Made by a program: the position numbers and the translations under genes. The notes under the pieces are model-generated. The model saw only the letters and a list, made by a program, of their open reading frames with translations, was not told the origin of the DNA and searched no databases. From NCBI GenBank assembly GCA_022764445.1, contig JALERT010000107.1, forward strand, positions 5,154 to 69,153: a stretch of 64,000 nt of DNA, given 5' to 3'. The DNA is from Lachnospiraceae bacterium (lineage in GTDB: Bacteria > Bacillota > Clostridia > Lachnospirales > Lachnospiraceae). Shown here piece by piece: positions 29,592-39,233 of the stretch (the first letter of the stretch is position 1; each line of letters begins with the position of its first letter).

Positions 29592-30515
29592 ATGAGTGAA
29601 GAACAAAGTATGAAAGATTTTGAAAGTGAACTTGAAAGTTCATTTAAGGTACTTCATGAGGGTGACATAATAGATGTAACAGTTATAGGAGTATCAGATT
29701 CAGAAATTACTGTAGATTTAAACTATTACACAGAAGGCATTATTCCTCTAGAAGAGTGCAGTAATGATCCTTCATTTTCCATTAAAAAAGATATTAATAT
29801 AGGCGACAATATAAAAGCTATGGTCATTGACTCTGAAAATGCAAGTGGGAATGTCATTTTATCTATGAAAGAAGCTAATAACATTCTTATCTGGGATAAG
29901 TTAAAAGAAGATTACGCTAATGGTACACACTTTAATTTTAAAATTACGGAGGCTGTTCCTGCCGGAGTAGTTGGATATGTCAGAGGAATACGCGCATTTA
30001 TGCCCGCTTCACAGATTGATGTTGAATATGTGGAAGATACAGAAAGCTATGTAGGAATGACTGTAGACAGTATAATTCTTGAAATCAAGCCTATGGAGCA
30101 TAAGCTTATCATGTCTGGAAAAATGCCTGCCAAAGAAAAGGCAATGGCAGAAAAAAACAATAGGATAGGGCGTCTTGCAGAAGGTTCCGATGTGGAGGGC
30201 GTTGTAGAAAGATTAGAATCTTATGGTGCATTTATCAATATTGGTGAGGATATTGTCGGTCTTTGCCATATTTCACAGATTACCAACAAATTTATCAAAT
30301 CACCAAAAGAAGAACTTAAACTAGGTCAAAAGGTTAAGGCTAAGATTATTAAAATAGATGGTGACAGGATTTCCTTAAGTATCAAGGCACTAAAGGAAGA
30401 TGAACCTGACAACGAGGATGAAAATTATGAAATTCCTGATGAGTATAAAAATAATGAGTCAGAGGAACATGATGAAAGTCCATTTGCAAAGCTTCTTCAG
30501 GGTATAGAACTGTAA
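29592..30515 (+). CDS. S1 RNA-binding protein with three S1 domains (ribosomal protein S1-like)
   Basis: EGIIP..E, RAFMPASQI, YGAFINIG....GLCHISQI, RISLSIK; acidic tail. Confidence 0.82.
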   Translation: MSEEQSMKDFESELESSFKVLHEGDIIDVTVIGVSDSEITVDLNYYTEGIIPLEECSNDPSFSIKKDINIGDNIKAMVIDSENASGNVILSMKEANNILIWDKLKEDYANGTHFNFKITEAVPAGVVGYVRGIRAFMPASQIDVEYVEDTESYVGMTVDSIILEIKPMEHKLIMSGKMPAKEKAMAEKNNRIGRLAEGSDVEGVVERLESYGAFINIGEDIVGLCHISQITNKFIKSPKEELKLGQKVKAKIIKIDGDRISLSIKALKEDEPDNEDENYEIPDEYKNNESEEHDESPFAKLLQGIEL

Positions 30516-30634
30516 GACATATGTTATCTAAAATAGAACAAATTGGGCAAGTCCACTTTGCGTGCCAGATGCGTGTTACACTCTTTTCGTAACAATATTC
30601 CTTACGCATCTGTGCACATTCTCTAGGAGCGTTT

Positions 30635-31207
30635 TTAGCTTTTAGTACATCCGGCACATGTGCTGCAAGCTCCGCCGCATCCTGACTGTATATCGTCCCC
30701 TGCTAAATCATATGGATTATATGATGATATATCACGAGCATAAGCAAGTGAACAGATGGCATTAGACGATATACCTTCACCACTGCCGGTAAAACCAAGT
30801 CCCTCTTCGGTAGTTGCTTTTACGTTCACCTGATTTACTTCTATACCAAGTGCCTCTGCTATATTCTTTCTCATTGTGTCAATATAATCACGCATCTTAG
30901 GACGTTGTGCGATTATAACTGCATCTATATTTTCAATAATGTAACTCTCATCTTCTATCAATTTACCAACATGCTTTAAAAGCTCTATACTTGAGGCACC
31001 CTCATATGCAGGATCAGTATCAGGAAAATGCTTTCCTATATCTCCAAGTGCTGCTGCCCCTAAAAGTGCATCCATAATCGCATGAAGAAGAACATCTGCA
31101 TCTGAATGACCAAGAAGACCTTTTTCATAAGGTATCTCGACACCACCAAGTATAAGTTTTCTGCCTTCCACAAGGCGGTGTACATCATAACCCATACCAA
31201 CTCTCAT
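30635..31207 (-). CDS. ispF: 2-C-methyl-D-erythritol 2,4-cyclodiphosphate synthase
   Basis: [39 protein letters not shown]. Confidence 0.96.
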   Translation of the reverse strand: MRVGMGYDVHRLVEGRKLILGGVEIPYEKGLLGHSDADVLLHAIMDALLGAAALGDIGKHFPDTDPAYEGASSIELLKHVGKLIEDESYIIENIDAVIIAQRPKMRDYIDTMRKNIAEALGIEVNQVNVKATTEEGLGFTGSGEGISSNAICSLAYARDISSYNPYDLAGDDIQSGCGGACSTCAGCTKS

Positions 31208-31375
31208 ATTAACTAACCCTCCATTTAAAATCTATTTTAAAACCATCAAAAAATCCGATTATATACTCCATCATAAAATCAGATGCCGGCTTTTTTCATT
31301 CATAAAAGTAATAACATCTATATTCCGTATATAAACTAAAAAGTCTTATATACGGGATATAAGACTTTCAATCAG

Positions 31376-31449
31376 TAGCGGAAAAGGGATTTGAACCCAT
31401 GACACCACGGGTATGAACCGTGTGCTCTAGCCAACTGAGCTATTCCGCC
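31376..31449 (-). tRNA. tRNA-Met (CAT)
   Basis: GGCGGAATAGCTCAGTTGGCTAGAGCACACGGTT-CAT-ACCCGTGGTGTCATGGGTTCAAATCCCTTTTCCGCTA; CCA not encoded. Confidence 0.93.
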
Positions 31450-31491
31450 ATATTAAATTATGTGATAAAATCACTGTAGATTGCTCTACAA

Positions 31492-31564
31492 TGGGACCTA
31501 CAGGGCTCGAACCTGTGACCCTCTGCTTGTAAGGCAGATGCTCTCCCAGCTGAGCTAAGATCCC
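31492..31564 (-). tRNA. tRNA-Val (TAC)
   Basis: GGGATCTTAGCTCAGCTGGGAGAGCATCTGCCT-TAC-AAGCAGAGGGTCACAGGTTCGAGCCCTGTAGGTCCCA. Confidence 0.95.
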
Positions 31565-31765
31565 GTGTCTGCTTCATGCGACTTGTTTAATATACCAAAA
31601 ATTTATATATATGTCAACCACTTTTTTATTTTTCTTTTTTATTTTTCTTTTTATTTTCTACGTCTATTATCTTTACCCATTGATTTTTTAATATTTTAAA
31701 CTATAATAATGTTTGCGGTTTGATTTTACAAAAGCCGACAAATACTTATACAAGAGGTTTTTAAT

Positions 31766-32632
31766 ATGAATAAACGATCAGTTAATATCAGCAGTCTTGT
31801 TATACTGCTAAGTCTTATTTGCTCTATTATAGAAATAAGTCTTTACTATTTTATCCCACAACACTATATTACAATCGGATTTGCCATTGTCGCTTCACTT
31901 ATAATGTCGCATTTTTTCCTTGAATCATCGCTTAACTACGATTATAATTTTCTTCACTCTTCATTTATGGTCGTTACAGCTTTAATATTTTGGGCTGTTG
32001 TCTACGCTATCCAGCCTAATAAATGGATAAACTATGATTTCTGGCTCGTAATTCTTGTTCTTGTCAACTGGCTTACACCATTTGTATACTGCAGCATACG
32101 TGACCTTTTTGACAGAGGACCGCGTTTTGACGGATACCATACATTTTTCAAGCGTATGTGTATATCATTTGCATTATTATATATTCTTGTGCTTGCTAAA
32201 CAGTATTTCATAACACCAATTTTTCCTCCATACTCTGATTTTCCGTTTGGTGCCCACAACTTTGTACCTTTTATGGCTACGGCAACATATATTGAAACGG
32301 CACTCAGGGAAGGAAAAAGCCTTATTCCTATGTTTGTATACATAACGGAAATGATATGCATGGGAATACCTTTTGGATTCCTGGCACGCACATATTGCCA
32401 CAGAGTTCCATTTATTTTAAGAATATTTATTTATCTTGCATTCCCTGCAGTACTTGAAGTATCACAGTACTGCATAGGCATAAGCCACTCAGACATAGAT
32501 GATTATGTAATGACACTTATAGGAATTACAATAGGTCTTATAATATTCCATATAATAAATGCCATATATCAGTCTATGACTAACAGAGACTTTATGCTAA
32601 ACAGAAATAAACAGCAAAGACGTTTATATTAA
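31766..32632 (+). CDS. Membrane protein with a VanZ-like C-terminal domain
   Basis: Multiple TM segments; NFVPF, IPFGF, E..QY...DIDD. Confidence 0.65.
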   Translation: MNKRSVNISSLVILLSLICSIIEISLYYFIPQHYITIGFAIVASLIMSHFFLESSLNYDYNFLHSSFMVVTALIFWAVVYAIQPNKWINYDFWLVILVLVNWLTPFVYCSIRDLFDRGPRFDGYHTFFKRMCISFALLYILVLAKQYFITPIFPPYSDFPFGAHNFVPFMATATYIETALREGKSLIPMFVYITEMICMGIPFGFLARTYCHRVPFILRIFIYLAFPAVLEVSQYCIGISHSDIDDYVMTLIGITIGLIIFHIINAIYQSMTNRDFMLNRNKQQRRLY

Positions 32633-32638
32633 GATCAA

Positions 32639-32673
32639 AGAGTTTCACTTGCGAAACTCTCCGCCTGCGGCGG
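32639..32673. repeat. REP-like tandem hairpin element
   Basis: AGAGTTTC-acttgc-GAAACTCT directly followed by CCGCC-tgc-GGCGG; GC-rich, in a convergent intergenic region. Confidence 0.5.
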
Positions 32674-32760
32674 GTTGCAAAAGCGACATCTTTCTTATAG
32701 AGTAATAAAGGTTCAGTAATAAATCAGGCAAAATACCCTATTTATCACTGAACCCTTATT

Positions 32761-33894
32761 TTACCAGAACTTTCTATACTCATTAATATCATTGGCGAGT
32801 ATCTTAATTCCATCAATCGTATGATCAAATATTCCCTCTCTATAAAATACCTGAATAACCATTCCAACAGGAATACCAACGATAAGTCCAAGCATTCCGA
32901 TGAGCCTGTATCCGATGAACATTGAAATAAGAGTAAGGAAAGGACTCATTCCAACACTGTCTCCTACAAGCTTTGGCTCAAGAAGTCTTCTTACAATAAG
33001 AGTTATAAAGTATGCAGCTATAAGAAAAACAGCAGCTTTATAACTGCCTGTTATAATATTATAAACAGCCCACGGCATAAGAACGGTACCTGTTCCAACA
33101 AATGGAAGGAAATCAAGCACCGCAGTTATTATCGCTATAATCCCAGCATACTCTATTCCCATTATTGCAAATATAATAAACAATATTACAAATATTACCA
33201 GCATAATCTCAAAGCATGCTTTTAAATATCCTCCAATAGCCTTTACAATTGTATCTTTTATCATTATACATGAATTCTGTATTCCTGAAGGCGTATGCTT
33301 CTTTACAAAGTTCCTTATCTTTTCATTGTCAGCTACAAAGAAATAAGTAAGCATGGTTGTGAGTATAAAGAGTATAAACCAGTCAATAAGAGAACTTGCA
33401 ACTGAACCCACAGTTGATACGGGACTTGTATTAAGTGACTTAAGTGCAGTAATTATATATTCGTTTATATCAACTTCTTTTCCACTAAAAAATGTCTGTA
33501 TGTTTTTAGGTATTATATTGTACTTTGAATGAAGTGACGAAAGTGCATTCTGAAGATTATTTAAAACAGTAGTATAAAGATCTGGCAGCTCTACAATAAG
33601 CGAACTTACCTGCGAAGCAATCGCACTCATTATAAGATAAAGCACTATGGCTATTATTGCTATTACAGAGACAATTACTATAACCGAACCATGTTTTCTT
33701 ACAATCTTAATCTTTTTTTCAAGGAATTTTACTAATGGATTAGCCATGAGTGCTATAATCCACGCTACAATTAAAGGCGCAAAAATCCTTGCAAGCCAGG
33801 GAACGGCAACTACAATAAATATACATGCAAGTAAACACACTAATAAATGAACACATATTTTTTTGTGTAACTCTTTCTTCTCTATGTCTTCCAC
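32761..33894 (-). CDS. ytvI: Sporulation integral membrane protein YtvI (AI-2E family)
   Basis: NPLV.FLE, DFLPFVGTG.VL.PW, RRLLEPKLVG...G; GTG start after AGGAGG. Confidence 0.85.
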   Translation of the reverse strand: MEDIEKKELHKKICVHLLVCLLACIFIVVAVPWLARIFAPLIVAWIIALMANPLVKFLEKKIKIVRKHGSVIVIVSVIAIIAIVLYLIMSAIASQVSSLIVELPDLYTTVLNNLQNALSSLHSKYNIIPKNIQTFFSGKEVDINEYIITALKSLNTSPVSTVGSVASSLIDWFILFILTTMLTYFFVADNEKIRNFVKKHTPSGIQNSCIMIKDTIVKAIGGYLKACFEIMLVIFVILFIIFAIMGIEYAGIIAIITAVLDFLPFVGTGTVLMPWAVYNIITGSYKAAVFLIAAYFITLIVRRLLEPKLVGDSVGMSPFLTLISMFIGYRLIGMLGLIVGIPVGMVIQVFYREGIFDHTIDGIKILANDINEYRKFW

Positions 33895-33928
33895 TGTATC
33901 CCCTCCTAATTTTCTGCTATATAAGCTT

Positions 33929-34834
33929 TTACTTACCAAGCTGTAATGCAGCAATTATTCCCACGATAAGTACTATAAAACCTGTAACTAAAGTCAATAC
34001 GGTAATTCCCGTAAGAGCTGTTCCCATAAGTATTACTATAGGTGAAGCTACAACAAGACCAAGTATTGCACAATAAGTATAATCTTCAAACTTCTTAAGA
34101 AGTATCTCGATAAGCTTTGCTATAGCAAATATTCCAACAACGACACCTATACCAAATGGTACAAGCAAGCCACATATATAAATTATCTTTTCAAAATCTC
34201 CTCTTGTAAGTGCTGTTATAAATTCTGTTATCAGATTTATGATTGGGTTATAATATCCGAGAATCATAAGCATCATAGAACCGCTAACTCCCGGTATTAC
34301 CATTGTTGCTGAAGCTATAACACCGATAAATAAAAGTTTAATTGTCTGAACTACACCTAATTCTAAAGTTACATCATTTCCACTTCCTCCAAAATACTGC
34401 ATGGCAATAATTGCAGCAAAAAATAATGCAAAGATCACAAAGTGTAATACACCGATATCATTTTTCTTTCTTTCCTTATTTTCTTTTTCTGAATCTTCTG
34501 ATGATACACCTTTATAACGTACCCTTTCCCAAATCATTGGAACTCCGCCAAGAATCAGTCCTATAAATACCATACTGGTCTGAAATGGAAAATTTGTATA
34601 AAGCGATTTAATAGAAAAAGCGAGACCTACAATTCCGACTGCCATTCCTATAAAGTAAGGTAACAAAATCTTAATACTTTTCTTTAGCTGCTTAAAAAGA
34701 TGTGTGATACAATAGATTATATCATCATACACACCCATAGAAACCATCATGGTGCCTCCGCTTACTCCGGGGATTGCATTGGCAACACCAATTACTATAC
34801 CTTTTAAAATGTCCTTAACAAATTTCATTTTCAT
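33929..34834 (-). CDS. DUF368 membrane protein (undecaprenyl-phosphate translocase family)
   Basis: Duplicated IPGVSGGT / IPGVSGS motifs. Confidence 0.88.
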   Translation of the reverse strand: MKMKFVKDILKGIVIGVANAIPGVSGGTMMVSMGVYDDIIYCITHLFKQLKKSIKILLPYFIGMAVGIVGLAFSIKSLYTNFPFQTSMVFIGLILGGVPMIWERVRYKGVSSEDSEKENKERKKNDIGVLHFVIFALFFAAIIAMQYFGGSGNDVTLELGVVQTIKLLFIGVIASATMVIPGVSGSMMLMILGYYNPIINLITEFITALTRGDFEKIIYICGLLVPFGIGVVVGIFAIAKLIEILLKKFEDYTYCAILGLVVASPIVILMGTALTGITVLTLVTGFIVLIVGIIAALQLGK

Positions 34835-34971
34835 ATTCCTTTCTTTTTATAATATTTCTATTGGTAACAACATTTTGCCATAAGAATTATGTATAATTTA
34901 TCGAAATAATAGTTTTAGTTCAATTCAACTCTCACATAATATCACAATATTGAAAGAATGGGGGTACTAAT

Positions 34972-37113
34972 ATGAAAAATTTAAGAAAAAAGTCATACAA
35001 ATTTCTACAAAGTTTCGTGCTTACAGCAGGTTTAATAATATCTTCTATAAGTATTCCTGTCGTAACAAGTGCAGATACAACAGCAAATGACGATAATGAA
35101 TTTCACAGGATTTCACGTGTTATTGATTCAAATAATTCAGGACTTTTACGCTATTCATATGAAGATGAAAATGGGAATGACGTCACGCTTAACACTGCAG
35201 CAGAAAATTTGTCTTCTTCAAAAAGAAAAATGGGCGCACTCCCTTCAAGCTATTCACTTGTTGACAAATCCCTTACAACACCAATCAAGGATCAGGGCGT
35301 CACAGGTTCATGCTGGGCATTTTCAGCTATTAAAGCAGCAGAATCAAACTCTATATTAAAAGGACTTTACACTCCTTCAACAGCAGATTTTTCTGAAAGT
35401 CATCTGGCATGGTTTACTTATTCAAGATCTAATGATAAATCTGATCCAATGTACTACGATGGCAATTATATTTATGGCAGCACCGATCCATATGACTGTG
35501 GAGGTAATGCTTTATCAGCAATATTTAATCTTGCCAAATGGTCAGGTGCAGAACTTGAAAAAAATGCTCCATTTAAAGCAGCAACATTTTCTCAAAAAAA
35601 TAGTATGGCTAAAGAAATGACCAAGAAAGAATCTTTACGATACAGTTCAAAGCTTCACCTTCAAAATGCTGAATGTTATGACAACGCATCAATTGATGAA
35701 ATAAAGCAAGCCTTAATGACTAAAGGTGCACTCAATATATCAATGTATTATGATGAAAAAGGATTTGAATCTTTAGATGATAATGCTTCTTCCTACTATC
35801 AGACAAAATATACAAAACCTGCAACAGCTCAAAAATATGCTAACCACTGTGTAACGATAGTCGGCTGGGATGATAACTACTCAAAAAATAACTTTAAGAA
35901 AGCACCCTCATCAAATGGTGCATGGCTTATCGCCAACAGCTATGGCACAGAATCCAATGATAATGGCTACTTCTGGATGTCATATAAAGAACCATCTATA
36001 GGCGAAATTTATTCTATGGATGTAGAATCAGTTGACAACTATGATAACATATATCAATACGATGGTGCCGGCTGGGGAGATGGTATCTACAATCCAAATT
36101 CAGATATAACAGGTGCCAATGTTTTTACGAACAAATCAAATAATGTACAAAACCTTAACGCTGTATCATTCTATACATTATCAGATAATCAGAAATATAC
36201 AATAAAAATATATAAAAATCTGACCGGAAACACTCCTTCGACAGGAACCCTTGTAAGTACGGCCACAACTAGTGGTACAGAATCATACAATGGGTACCAT
36301 ACTGTAAAATTAGCTTCACCATGTAAAATAAATCCGGGAGAGAAGTTTGCCGTTGCAGTACAGTACAAATACAGTTCTTCTAACAAAGAACAGGCCTATC
36401 TGCCAGTCGAAGGCGAATCCACGACAAACATTGGAGTAACATACAGCTTCTCCGCAAAAGCAAACCAGAGTTTTGTCTACTCCCCTTCAGAAAAAAAATG
36501 GTCAGACTCATTTAAAGAAGGAACTAATAACATCTGTATAAAAGCCTTTACCGTTAATTCATCAGAAGCTCCTGATAAAACCGAAGAGTCTGACAAAACT
36601 GAAGGAGCTGATAACAATACTGTAAGCAACGCAAAAATTACTCTTTCACGTTCAAATATTACTCTTGGAAAAAACGAAAACTGGACAATAGGTTACAAAT
36701 TAACTAACTCTTCAAAAAATGCATCTGTTAAATTTAAAAGCAAAAATACCTCTGTCGCAAAGGTAAGCACAAAAGGTATAATAACTGCTACAGGCATTGG
36801 TAAAACAACCATAACAGCAACGACAAGTGATGGAGCCTCTACTTCTATCACTGTAAATGTAAAAAAGGCACCTACAAAGATAACTGTTGTTCCATCCGGT
36901 AAAAAAAGCATTAAAAAAGGGAAGTCATTTAATATAAAATATATTCTGCCCTCTGGAAGTGCAAGTTTTAAGATCACATACAGTACATCTAACAAAAAGA
37001 TTGCCAATGTTACTTCATCCGGAAAAGTTGTTGGATTGAAAAAAGGTGTTGCCAATATTACGATAAAAACGTATAATAAGAAAAAATCTGTAATAAAAGT
37101 TACAGTTCAATAA
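34972..37113 (+). CDS. Secreted C1 (papain-family) cysteine protease with lectin-like and two Ig-like (Big_2) domains
   Basis: Signal peptide; DQG..GSCWAF, NHCVTIVGWDD, ANSYG...GYFW; YDNIYQYD; S.N..VA.V...G.I repeats. Confidence 0.88.
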   Translation: MKNLRKKSYKFLQSFVLTAGLIISSISIPVVTSADTTANDDNEFHRISRVIDSNNSGLLRYSYEDENGNDVTLNTAAENLSSSKRKMGALPSSYSLVDKSLTTPIKDQGVTGSCWAFSAIKAAESNSILKGLYTPSTADFSESHLAWFTYSRSNDKSDPMYYDGNYIYGSTDPYDCGGNALSAIFNLAKWSGAELEKNAPFKAATFSQKNSMAKEMTKKESLRYSSKLHLQNAECYDNASIDEIKQALMTKGALNISMYYDEKGFESLDDNASSYYQTKYTKPATAQKYANHCVTIVGWDDNYSKNNFKKAPSSNGAWLIANSYGTESNDNGYFWMSYKEPSIGEIYSMDVESVDNYDNIYQYDGAGWGDGIYNPNSDITGANVFTNKSNNVQNLNAVSFYTLSDNQKYTIKIYKNLTGNTPSTGTLVSTATTSGTESYNGYHTVKLASPCKINPGEKFAVAVQYKYSSSNKEQAYLPVEGESTTNIGVTYSFSAKANQSFVYSPSEKKWSDSFKEGTNNICIKAFTVNSSEAPDKTEESDKTEGADNNTVSNAKITLSRSNITLGKNENWTIGYKLTNSSKNASVKFKSKNTSVAKVSTKGIITATGIGKTTITATTSDGASTSITVNVKKAPTKITVVPSGKKSIKKGKSFNIKYILPSGSASFKITYSTSNKKIANVTSSGKVVGLKKGVANITIKTYNKKKSVIKVTVQ

Positions 37114-37172
37114 TTTTATTCAATATTTAGCTAGAATCATAGATATAACACTTAAAAACTATTTCATATACG

Positions 37173-37206
37173 AAAAGAGGGTCAAATCACCTTTTGGCCC
37201 TCTTTT
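37173..37206 (+). terminator. Intrinsic terminator
   Basis: AAAAGAGGGTCAAA...TTTGGCCCTCTTTT. Confidence 0.7.
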
Positions 37207-37212
37207 CATTGC

Positions 37213-37276
37213 ATTATGTTCTCTCGGAAAATCAGCCGCAAAAGCAAGTGCAAGAGAGACTCCGAGAGAACATAAT
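37213..37276. repeat. Miniature inverted-repeat element, family A (most complete copy)
   Basis: Perfect 16-bp IR ATTATGTTCTCTCGGA / TCCGAGAGAACATAAT around a 32-bp core. Related copies at 12208-12226, 25637-25679, 46574-46602, 53573-53623 (reverse), 63841-63865. Confidence 0.8.
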
Positions 37277-37294
37277 TATAAAAAGGAGTAATAA

Positions 37295-38161
37295 ATGACA
37301 AAAAAATCAAAAGGAATACTTTGTATAATATGTGCCGCTTTTTCTTTTGCACTTATGAATCTTTTTATAAAACTTGCAGGAGATATTCCCACACTTCAAA
37401 AATCCCTTTTTAGGAATCTTGTAGCATTATTGATTTCATTTATACTTATCAAAAAAGAACATATATCATTTAAAAGTGGTAACGGAAATTGGAGTCTTAT
37501 CCTTGCAAGATCTGTATTTGGCACAATTGCTCTTATATTTAATTTTTATGCTATCGACCATCTGAATATATCAGATGCATCAATGCTCAATAAACTGTCA
37601 CCATTCTTTGCAATACTTTTTTCTTATTTTATATTAAAAGAAAAGGCAAAGCTTTATCAGCTTGCCTGTGTTTTTACTGCACTTGCAGGTACGTTATTTA
37701 TCTTAAAACCGGGAGGAGAAGAACTTATCTCAATCCCTGCTCTCATTGGAATGCTCAGTGGAATGGGAGCCGGTCTTGCATATACATTTCTTAGAAAAGC
37801 TACAGGACGTGGAGTCCCTGGAAAACTTATAGTATTTACATTTTCACTTTTCTCATGTATTTTTGCTTTTCCCTACTGCATACTTCACTTCACGCCTATG
37901 ACGGTAAAACAGTTATTGTCCCTGCTTATGACAGGTGTATCCGCCTCATGTGGCCAATTTGCAATTACGGCAGCCTATACTTATGCTCCTGCCAGCGAAT
38001 TATCCGTATATGATTATACCCAGGTCATCTTTGCCAGCATCCTTGGTTTCTTATTCTTAGGAGAAATCCCAGATGTACTTAGCATAATAGGATATGTAAC
38101 AATTATAGCAGCTTCAATCGTTATGTTCCTCATGAGAACCAGACATATCACCGAGGACTGA
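37295..38161 (+). CDS. DMT/EamA family transporter
   Basis: About 10 TM segments in two EamA repeats; LSPFF, ILKEK, FLGEIP. Confidence 0.88.
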   Translation: MTKKSKGILCIICAAFSFALMNLFIKLAGDIPTLQKSLFRNLVALLISFILIKKEHISFKSGNGNWSLILARSVFGTIALIFNFYAIDHLNISDASMLNKLSPFFAILFSYFILKEKAKLYQLACVFTALAGTLFILKPGGEELISIPALIGMLSGMGAGLAYTFLRKATGRGVPGKLIVFTFSLFSCIFAFPYCILHFTPMTVKQLLSLLMTGVSASCGQFAITAAYTYAPASELSVYDYTQVIFASILGFLFLGEIPDVLSIIGYVTIIAASIVMFLMRTRHITED

Positions 38162-38800
38162 TTGAAAAAACTCTGGACACATATCCAATAAAGTATTCTG
38201 CTTCTTTGCTGGTCTGAAAAGATCAAGGACAGGTTTCATGACTCTTTCAAACTCTTCAGGATTTTTTGATAGTCTGAGTATCTCGGCTGTATTAACAGCG
38301 TCGGCAAGAGCTGTATGCTGAGCCCCTGTAAACTCATAGTCTGCTGCCATAACAGCCTGGCTAAGTTTAATCTTCTTTTCTATACCTAACAGCCTGCTAT
38401 ATTCCTCCTGAAAATCAACCCAGTTATCTTTCATTCTATTAAGAATTGGATGTTCAAACTCCTTAAAAGCAGATTCATTTAAAAACTGTCTGATATCCGA
38501 CATACTCCATGAATAAAATGTGGTTTCCTCATCACCTATCCATTCTGCAAAATCTTTCATTGCATCTTCAAAGACGGGAGCTCCAACAAGCTTAGCATCT
38601 GTTATCCCTGTAAGTTCAATGATCTTGCTATTCATTTTGCCAAAAGAAGGCATAACATATGTCTGATACCTGTCAAAAGGCACAAACTTACTATTCATTT
38701 TAACAGCACCTATCTCAATCAGTTCGCTTGACAACTTCTTATCCCCGCGATACTGCCTGTCTATTTTATTCATCTCAAGATCAATCATAATGTGGTTCAC
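38114..38800 (-). CDS. DEDDh 3'-5' exonuclease (KapD/ERI1-like)
   Basis: IDLEMN, IEIGAV, LTGIT, WS.SD, HTALADA; GTG start. Confidence 0.85.
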   Translation of the reverse strand: MNHIMIDLEMNKIDRQYRGDKKLSSELIEIGAVKMNSKFVPFDRYQTYVMPSFGKMNSKIIELTGITDAKLVGAPVFEDAMKDFAEWIGDEETTFYSWSMSDIRQFLNESAFKEFEHPILNRMKDNWVDFQEEYSRLLGIEKKIKLSQAVMAADYEFTGAQHTALADAVNTAEILRLSKNPEEFERVMKPVLDLFRPAKKQNTLLDMCPEFFQSVLGDMSGSHEEHND

Positions 38801-38964
38801 AAATGCACTTCCCTTCTCATACGTTTTAATACACATATGATATATTAACACAAAATTGACATTTCGTCTATTTTGTGTTAAATTAGTACATGTAGTGTAA
38901 ACGACTATTGTAGTATGATTATATTATACTACTGTGGTCATCCATCGAAAGGTATAGGTGATAT

Positions 38965-39204
38965 ATGAGCCAGGCAGATTTAAAAAAAGTCAGATTGTCA
39001 GTAGATAAAAATATAGGAAACAAGGTAAAAATCCGTGCTAATCGTGGAAGACACAAAATTGATATAACTGAAGGAGTGATAAGCAAAACTTATCCTAGTA
39101 TATTTCTTGTTGAAGTTGAGAATAAATCAGATGACACAGTTCAGGTCGTTTCCTTTAGTTACACAGACGTTTTAACAAAAGATGTACAAATGCAGTTAAT
39201 CTAA
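38965..39204 (+). CDS. veg: Veg family protein
   Basis: ANRGR.K...EG.I..TYPSIF, SFSYTDVLT. Confidence 0.88.
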   Translation: MSQADLKKVRLSVDKNIGNKVKIRANRGRHKIDITEGVISKTYPSIFLVEVENKSDDTVQVVSFSYTDVLTKDVQMQLI

Positions 39205-39233
39205 TAAAGATATGAACAAAAGAAGACAGAACC

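Noticed and set aside
31376..31564. tRNA-targeted integrated element
   Set aside because: No integrase or duplicated tRNA 3' end nearby; flanks are ispF and a membrane protein gene.
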